Source: a virus
Lineage: Duplodnaviria > Caudoviricetes
Virus record (IMG/VR): IMGVR_UViG_3300031539_000043
Span: 1 to 53,354 of that record
Reading direction: 5' to 3' (one strand)
DNA: 53,354 nt
Part shown: in pieces, positions 47,357 to 53,354 of the stretch
How the letters are laid out: each line of letters begins with the position of its first letter
How positions within the stretch are numbered: the stretch's first letter is position 1
The notes under the pieces: model-generated
Seen by the model: only the letters and a program-made list of their open reading frames with translations
What the model was told of the DNA's origin: nothing
Database searches by the model: none
Made by a program: the position numbers and the translations under genes

Positions 47357-48373
47357 TTATACCCCTTCTATTAGTTGAGTTGCTACCTTTAGATAATTTT
47401 CAATTTCATTTTCAGGAATTTCTTTAGCTTCTACATAACGTTTAAATATATCAGCTTTTGACATACTTGAACTAATTCCTCTGTTTGTTATATCTACCTC
47501 AGACTTATCAATTATTTGAAGATCATCTATATCGTTGCCTAGATCAATCTTGTCTTTCTTTACAATTTTAACATAAGATCCGCACTCTTGTTCTTTGCGA
47601 GCTCTTTCAATAATTTCTTGTTTATTCTCTTCGGTAATTTCGTATTCAAGATATTTTTTATATCCAGTAGTTGGTATACTTTCAACTTTTAACGTTTCTG
47701 TATCAACAACCAGAAATCGTTTATCTTCATTTTTCTCGCCCCAATCTAATTGAATGGGGGAACCTACATAGTATAAACTAATGTTATCATTAATAATTTG
47801 CTGTGGCTTATGATAATGTCCAAGGAGAACTAACTTATATTTTCCAATTAAATCTTTTAAACCAATATCAGCAATAATACTTATACCACTATTTAAAATT
47901 CCTTCATTCAATCCAAAATGAGATATTAAAATATCAGCTTTATATTCTTTAATTGTTTTAATCATGTCATATGAATATGGCACAAATAATATATTTTTAT
48001 TATCACCATATCCTGAAAATTGAGTAATCCATTCTACATTTGGAACATGTTGAAGAGGCCTTAGTGATGAAATTGATTCTGATCCTTTACTAGATAGGTC
48101 ATGATTACCATCAATAACCCAAAATTCTAAATCTTTATATGTGTCAAAGAAATCTAACAGGATTTCTTGAGCAATTGAATAAATAATTGATTTGTTATGT
48201 AGAAGATCTCCACCAATTATAAATGTTCTTATATCATTATTACAACAATAATCAGCTATATTATAAACTGTCTTTTTTATACTATGTAATCTTTCTGGTA
48301 AACTACTGGTTTGTTCAATAGTATCTTGCCCATATTTTGATAAATGAATATCAGCTGTATATACAAATTTCAT
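47357..48373 (-). CDS. sbcD: Mre11/SbcD-like nuclease (gp47-like)
   Basis: ADIH, GGDL, GNHD, SH, GHYH, YVGSP.QLDWGE. Confidence 0.93.
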   Translation of the reverse strand: MKFVYTADIHLSKYGQDTIEQTSSLPERLHSIKKTVYNIADYCCNNDIRTFIIGGDLLHNKSIIYSIAQEILLDFFDTYKDLEFWVIDGNHDLSSKGSESISSLRPLQHVPNVEWITQFSGYGDNKNILFVPYSYDMIKTIKEYKADILISHFGLNEGILNSGISIIADIGLKDLIGKYKLVLLGHYHKPQQIINDNISLYYVGSPIQLDWGEKNEDKRFLVVDTETLKVESIPTTGYKKYLEYEITEENKQEIIERARKEQECGSYVKIVKKDKIDLGNDIDDLQIIDKSEVDITNRGISSSMSKADIFKRYVEAKEIPENEIENYLKVATQLIEGV

Positions 48374-48765
48374 CTGTCTATTAACTCCTTTATTTCTTGA
48401 AGGTTACAAATTGATAAGAATGTTTTTTCAATTACTTCTGGTTTTACTCCTGTCATACTATCCACTCCTTTCTCCCCAGATTCAATCTGAGCTATAATTA
48501 TTCCTTTTTTTATTAAAAGATTTTTAAGAGCATAAAATGAATTCTCATTTATATCTTCAGGATTGACGGTAAAACCATTTTTAAGTGAATCAATACCATC
48601 AAGAGTAGACTCAAAGAAATAACTTTCTTCACCCTCTTCTTCATTATCTAGTTCCCAATCTAATAAGCTCTCCAATTCTTCTTTAGTAGTTTCAAAATTT
48701 GGAGGTATTACAACTATATAAGCAGTAGATGAGCTATTTGTTACAAAATCTGTTTTTATTTTCAT
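48370..48765 (-). CDS. FVTNSSS-motif protein, copy 3
   Basis: Starts MKIKTDFVTNSSSTAY; acidic. Confidence 0.85.
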   Translation of the reverse strand: MKIKTDFVTNSSSTAYIVVIPPNFETTKEELESLLDWELDNEEEGEESYFFESTLDGIDSLKNGFTVNPEDINENSFYALKNLLIKKGIIIAQIESGEKGVDSMTGVKPEVIEKTFLSICNLQEIKELIDR

Positions 48766-49121
48766 TAGTTATCCATCCAACACCCTGAAATATGGACCGG
48801 TTCAACTTCTATACCAAAAGAATCCATAATTTGTTTTTTAACTCTAATTTTAAATTCTGCTAATGTTTCATCATCTTTCATTCTGGTATATTCAATACCA
48901 ACCATTACTTGTCCGTTATAATCATATCCGGTTGATGTTTCGAGTTCATTTCCTCTGGTAAAAACGTCAAGATTATACTGTATATCATCGAGATCTATAT
49001 CTTCTTTTTCTTGAATCTCTGTCATAATATTTTGTGGTATTTTATCAATTTCTATATTACCACCCATTACTACGAATGATGAAGAACTACTGTTTGTTAC
49101 AAAGTCTATTTTAATTTTCAT
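48765..49121 (-). CDS. FVTNSSS-motif protein, copy 4
   Basis: Starts MKIKIDFVTNSSSSSF; acidic. Confidence 0.85.
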   Translation of the reverse strand: MKIKIDFVTNSSSSSFVVMGGNIEIDKIPQNIMTEIQEKEDIDLDDIQYNLDVFTRGNELETSTGYDYNGQVMVGIEYTRMKDDETLAEFKIRVKKQIMDSFGIEVEPVHISGCWMDN

Positions 49122-50524
49122 GATACACTTTCTCCTCTTATAATATTGATTGCTTTTTGTTCATCAATATTGTATAATATGTTATTTTTTAACAAGATAT
49201 AATTAACTTGCCATTTCTTCTTCTTGTAATATTCATTTCTATTTCTAAAAGTATTTGAAATATAAGTACACCCATAATCAACCATATCAATAACAATTGG
49301 AGTTTTCTTGCCATCTATTGCTCTAGTAACCCGGCCAGTTAATTGTTCAATATTAGATATCGGCGAAGACATTATTAAACAATCTTTTTTAGGGGCGTCA
49401 ATTCCATCTCTACATTTTCCAGGAGTTGTAAAAGTTATTTGTGAATCAAGAGCATCTAATTTTGCAGAACCACAGAATTTAGATTTACTCTTATGGTCTA
49501 ACCAATTATATAAGTCATCAATTAATTTTATTCTCTCAAGCATCACTATCATATTTTTATCTTTTTTCAATCTTTTTAAAAGACCTTTTATTGCTAGAAG
49601 AAAAGGTTTTGATTTTTTTATTAAATTTAGATATCTGGATCGTTGAAACTCTCCTCCCCAATGAATATATTTCCATCTTGCTGCAGTATCTATTTGATAA
49701 TCAACAAGTAATACAGTAACGTTTGCAGGCATAGTTCCTTTTATATCATCATCAGAAAATATTTTTCCCAAGTGATATTCAATTATGTCACCATTACCAT
49801 CATATCTATACGGTGTTGCACTAAGACCATATGTATATTTCGCTGGAATATGAATTGAACATTCTGAAAAAGTCGGAGCACCAACCGACGTATGAACTTC
49901 ATCAGCTATAAATACTCCAATATTTGCGTCATTTAATGCATAGAGAAACTCTTTTCGATTTCGTTTTAATAAAGATATAAAGGTTTGAACCGTTGAAATG
50001 ACTATTGGTTTTTTTAGATCTTCTTTAAAAGTTGTGGATGAAATCCTTGCAATATCATCTTTATTAAGATTTGTAAATTGTAAAAATCTATCACGCCATT
50101 GATCTCCAAGACTATCTCTATGCACTAAAATAAAAGATTTCTTTTTTCTTTCAGCAATCATATAAATGGATATAACAGTTTTTCCCACACCAGGCAATAA
50201 TTGCAAGATAGCACTATCATTATCCATCATATGTTTTATTGCTAATTTTTGAGTTTCACTTCTTAGTATTATGTTGTGAGATATATTAATATCATCTCCT
50301 TTATTTTGACGATTATCAATTTTACAAAATTGATATTTATCTATTGGAAACATTCTGGGTATAAGAAGAAAGTTTTCCGATTCAAGAAAAAATTCATTAA
50401 CTATATAATTTGATGTTTGATATGCTTGACTTCTTCTGGTTAATTCTTCTACAATTTTTTGATAGAATTCTTTATCCTTGTGTGTTTTTGAAATTAATAA
50501 CCCAGATCTTTTTATAATATCCAT
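49118..50524 (-). CDS. Superfamily 2 helicase (UvsW-like)
   Basis: PGVGKT, DEVH, GLSATP.R.DG, EQLTGRVTR. Confidence 0.88.
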   Translation of the reverse strand: MDIIKRSGLLISKTHKDKEFYQKIVEELTRRSQAYQTSNYIVNEFFLESENFLLIPRMFPIDKYQFCKIDNRQNKGDDINISHNIILRSETQKLAIKHMMDNDSAILQLLPGVGKTVISIYMIAERKKKSFILVHRDSLGDQWRDRFLQFTNLNKDDIARISSTTFKEDLKKPIVISTVQTFISLLKRNRKEFLYALNDANIGVFIADEVHTSVGAPTFSECSIHIPAKYTYGLSATPYRYDGNGDIIEYHLGKIFSDDDIKGTMPANVTVLLVDYQIDTAARWKYIHWGGEFQRSRYLNLIKKSKPFLLAIKGLLKRLKKDKNMIVMLERIKLIDDLYNWLDHKSKSKFCGSAKLDALDSQITFTTPGKCRDGIDAPKKDCLIMSSPISNIEQLTGRVTRAIDGKKTPIVIDMVDYGCTYISNTFRNRNEYYKKKKWQVNYILLKNNILYNIDEQKAINIIRGESVS

Positions 50525-50538
50525 TATTTATATACCAT

Positions 50539-50931
50539 TTACTCCACTAACATATCCTCTGCTATAATGGTTGCAAATGAATTAGGAGTTTCCCATAATC
50601 TTATTTTACTCAATAGTTCACCAATTGGCTCTTTTTCTAATTGTTTCCATATCCAACATAACATATTTTCGGCAGTAGGATTAATATCCATCACATCATT
50701 TAAATAAACATGATCTATTTTCTCTAAAATTAATTCAGAAATAGTTTTATTCAATTCTCCAAAATCTATAACCATACCTGTTTCAGGATCAATTCTTCTT
50801 TTTAAAGAAATTTGAAGGTGGTATGTATGTCCGTGAAGATTGGCACATTTTCCATCATAGTTTAACAACTTATGACTTGAATCAAAAGTAAACTCTCTTG
50901 TAATTTCGACTGGATAAGTAAATTTAATCAT
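50539..50931 (-). CDS. queD: 6-carboxy-5,6,7,8-tetrahydropterin synthase QueD
   Basis: FDSSH, CANLHGHTY, GMVIDFG, DHVYLN, PTAEN, LWET. Confidence 0.93.
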   Translation of the reverse strand: MIKFTYPVEITREFTFDSSHKLLNYDGKCANLHGHTYHLQISLKRRIDPETGMVIDFGELNKTISELILEKIDHVYLNDVMDINPTAENMLCWIWKQLEKEPIGELLSKIRLWETPNSFATIIAEDMLVE

Positions 50932-50947
50932 TGGATATTCCTCCTTA

Positions 50948-52279
50948 TTATTGTTTATTAGAAATTAGCTCTTGATAGTCTTCTAAAACATGATTCTTAA
51001 GATTATCTAATTTTAATTTGACCTCTAAACTTTCATCTTTCAAATATTTTGTATCAAAATCTATAGTCAATAATTTTTTAATCCTATATTTTTCAAATAA
51101 ATTTTGAACAATTTCCTTCTTGATTGTGGACTTACTAGATATTTCATTTACTGTAGAATCTATATCATATTGTTTCTTTAAACAATCACTTAACAATGGT
51201 CGTATAATTTGCAGTATTTTTAACTCGTCAATTTTTTGTTGTATTTTATTTATCTTATCTGTTAAAAAATCCTTTTCAGATTTTATATAAATTTCAAATG
51301 TTTCTACTAACATTTCGTCAAGAGATTTAATCTCAACCTTTTTGTTTTGATTTATGACAGTTGTTTCAAATGATATACTGCCTTGAATTGCATTTTTTAA
51401 TTTTTTAACAAAGTTGTTATATATTACATCTCTGTTTCTTTCTCTTAAAACTTTAAACATAATCATAGTTGTATCAACAGATAAGTCTGAAAATCCAATA
51501 GCTCCTGAATCTAATTCTTTTTGAAATTTTTTCAAAATAGATTCAAACTTTTTTCCAGGAGGCCATGATTTTAATATAACAGTGCTATTTCTGGGGATTT
51601 CTTCAATAATTCCCTCGACATTTATTTTTGCTTTTCCAGTTGTCAGTAATTGCTCAAGGTCTTTATTTGAAGCTGTAATTGTACAGTCGGTAATTGGCTG
51701 GATAGTAATTTTATTTTTTCTTTCCCCTATAAGCCATTGTAGTCTTTTATATAAATCCTCAATTTTATAACATGGAATATATGATCTATACCCAAATCCA
51801 ATTGCCTGTGTGTAAGTATTTCCAATTAAACATAAGGGAAACATACTGGGTAAATATAAAGGTTCTTTTTGATCAAGATCATTTACTATCCATGGAACAA
51901 ACTCTAGATTTTTAAATACCAAGTTTATTACAAATGGTAATAATTTAACTTCTGTATAACGTGACGCTGCTGGTCCAATTGGTTCTACTCCAACATTACA
52001 ACCAAAATTTCCTTGACCTTCTAGAAATCCTTGTCTAACTAATTGAACAATTGAACCATATACAGATCCATGTGGATGATAATTACCTATAACATGTCCG
52101 TCAACCCTAGCAGATTTTGTTAATTTGCTTCTAGCCATTTGAAGAGTTGAAAATAATATTCTTCTTTCAACTGGTTTAAGACCATCTTTAGAATATGGAA
52201 AATTTCTCCAGTTTGAATATTCTCCATATTCTCTATATAGTTTTGGTAATATATTGTCCATTATTTGAATACTCCACAA
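50948..52279 (-). CDS. Type IIA DNA topoisomerase subunit A (GyrA/ParC/gp52-like, no CTD)
   Basis: DGLKPVERR, KSARV, YHPHG, GQGNFG, AASRYT (catalytic Tyr), EP.YLP; true start may be MDNIL (52261). Confidence 0.92.
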   Translation of the reverse strand: MWSIQIMDNILPKLYREYGEYSNWRNFPYSKDGLKPVERRILFSTLQMARSKLTKSARVDGHVIGNYHPHGSVYGSIVQLVRQGFLEGQGNFGCNVGVEPIGPAASRYTEVKLLPFVINLVFKNLEFVPWIVNDLDQKEPLYLPSMFPLCLIGNTYTQAIGFGYRSYIPCYKIEDLYKRLQWLIGERKNKITIQPITDCTITASNKDLEQLLTTGKAKINVEGIIEEIPRNSTVILKSWPPGKKFESILKKFQKELDSGAIGFSDLSVDTTMIMFKVLRERNRDVIYNNFVKKLKNAIQGSISFETTVINQNKKVEIKSLDEMLVETFEIYIKSEKDFLTDKINKIQQKIDELKILQIIRPLLSDCLKKQYDIDSTVNEISSKSTIKKEIVQNLFEKYRIKKLLTIDFDTKYLKDESLEVKLKLDNLKNHVLEDYQELISNKQ

Positions 52280-52689
52280 TGGGTTTTATTTAGATCTATT
52301 GGAGTTATAAAAGGCGCTATCATAAAAGGATATTCAACTTTAATCCTTGGTGCATATTTTTCTGCGGCAATTAGATCTTCACCACCAATAATAACAAGAG
52401 GGTCAAATAATTGACCTCCCATCATTGAACACCAAACCTTACCATTAAATAAATGATATGAATAATTGGTCATTTGACTGTCTTGCCATAAATGTGGCCA
52501 TCCATCTTCAGGTTTAACACCATAATATAATTCTTCTAATAGTTCAGTGAATAATTCTTCATAGTCAACTGGATTTGTCATTAAAAGAAATCTCGGTATA
52601 ACAATACTTACAGGATCTCCATATTTTAACAAGCTCCCTATCCATTTTGCATCTTTATCTATACCGATGTAGAAATCAGCTTTATTCAT
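52261..52689 (-). CDS. Hypothetical protein
   Basis: 142 aa; ADFYIG...WIGS, GWPHLW. Confidence 0.7.
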   Translation of the reverse strand: MNKADFYIGIDKDAKWIGSLLKYGDPVSIVIPRFLLMTNPVDYEELFTELLEELYYGVKPEDGWPHLWQDSQMTNYSYHLFNGKVWCSMMGGQLFDPLVIIGGEDLIAAEKYAPRIKVEYPFMIAPFITPIDLNKTHCGVFK

Positions 52690-52921
52690 TTTCAGCTCCT
52701 AACATTTTATTAAATTTTCGCTTTAAATTTTCTGGAAGACCAATTCCACTAAATTCATAGTCTCCTCTGCTTATTGAATCCATAACGGCCTCTCTTGCTT
52801 TTTCAAACTGGGGATGCTCTATTTCTAATATCTGACAATCTTGACAAATATTGTCATTATTAAACATACTCTTTCTTTGAATATGAGTTTTTTTATCACA
52901 TCTATCGCAATGAAAGCTCAT
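52682..52921 (-). CDS. Small zinc-finger-like protein
   Basis: MSFHCDRC...SMFNNDNICQDC...HP....GIG; GGAG RBS before the ATG at 52921. Confidence 0.65.
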   Translation of the reverse strand: MSFHCDRCDKKTHIQRKSMFNNDNICQDCQILEIEHPQFEKAREAVMDSISRGDYEFSGIGLPENLKRKFNKMLGAENE

Positions 52922-53180
52922 GATATAACTCCAGATCGCCATTTTCCCTAATCTTTTGATCTTCATGAGGACCAAGCAATCTTCTTTTTATTTCATCAGC
53001 AGCGTCGACTAATGACGAAGCAGCTGATGAAATATTTGTATATGATTTACCATGATTTTTAATATATTTTAATGCTAATACTGTAACACAATAATTTAAA
53101 TCCCCTTTATTTATTGTGTTGGGAAATTCATTAAGAGATTTATCAAAATTAAATCGATCTGCTTTTCTTATGTATGGCAT
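52902..53180 (-). CDS. Conserved phage hypothetical protein
   Basis: MPYI...R, GDLNY, E..RR...P.ED.KI.ENGD pattern seen in many phages. Confidence 0.65.
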   Translation of the reverse strand: MPYIRKADRFNFDKSLNEFPNTINKGDLNYCVTVLALKYIKNHGKSYTNISSAASSLVDAADEIKRRLLGPHEDQKIRENGDLELYHELSLR

Positions 53181-53354
53181 CCTTCTTTCTCCTTTTAAAA
53201 AGATTCTTAAGCAATTCTATAAGGAATCTTCTTTTTATTTTCTTTTCACCTTTATATACCATAACTATTTCCTCTTTAATGTACAACTTATAGCTTTCTT
53301 TCGTTTTCGATTGGTTAAAATTTTTATAACTTTAGAGTTACCCCAGTTGCATAC

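Noticed and set aside
2021-51770. Short ORFs antisense or out-of-frame within long genes (e.g. 2021..2242, 8601..8843, 17419..17752, 21405..21632, 32049..32291, 37759..38022, 46160..46405, 49308..49646)
   Set aside because: Fully overlap well-supported genes, lack RBSs and motifs; expected shadow ORFs.
1-53354. CRISPR arrays, tRNA or rRNA genes
   Set aside because: No regularly spaced repeats or cloverleaf-like sequences seen; intergenic gaps are nearly all too short. A tRNA/Infernal scan was not run.
1-53354. Alternative genetic code (stop-codon reassignment)
   Set aside because: Long conserved genes are intact in the standard code, and TAA, TAG and TGA all serve as stops at tight gene junctions.

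Overview
AT-rich segment of a large (jumbo-type) myophage genome, standard genetic code. Left part (1-23.4 kb): contractile-tail and packaging genes (tail sheath C-terminus, tail tube, gp26-, gp25- and gp6-like baseplate proteins, tape-measure-like protein, large terminase). A 5-kb minus-strand accessory block (CCA-adding enzyme, Pol-beta nucleotidyltransferase, radical SAM enzyme) lies between sheath and tube. Right part (23.5-53.3 kb): one long minus-strand block with topoisomerase II subunit A, QueD, SF2 helicase, Mre11/Rad50, a second radical SAM enzyme, a prokaryotic ubiquitin-like conjugation cluster (E2, JAB, E1, Ubl, second E1-like, second E2-like) running directly into compact, unsplit RNA polymerase beta' and beta genes, FolE2, a PolB-like palm protein and a frameshifted HNH endonuclease. 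Most notable: (1) four otherwise dissimilar proteins share the N-terminus MKIK(T/I)DFVTNSSS, and two are translationally coupled to radical SAM genes; (2) the ubiquitin-like cluster abuts the RNAP genes; (3) a TAGAACAAAA motif precedes three structural/packaging transcription units and is a candidate late promoter; (4) three paralogous proteins share a C-x10/11-C-x22-C-x8-C motif; (5) a probable programmed frameshift at the end of the gp26-like gene. All calls are from motif recognition by eye; no searches were run.
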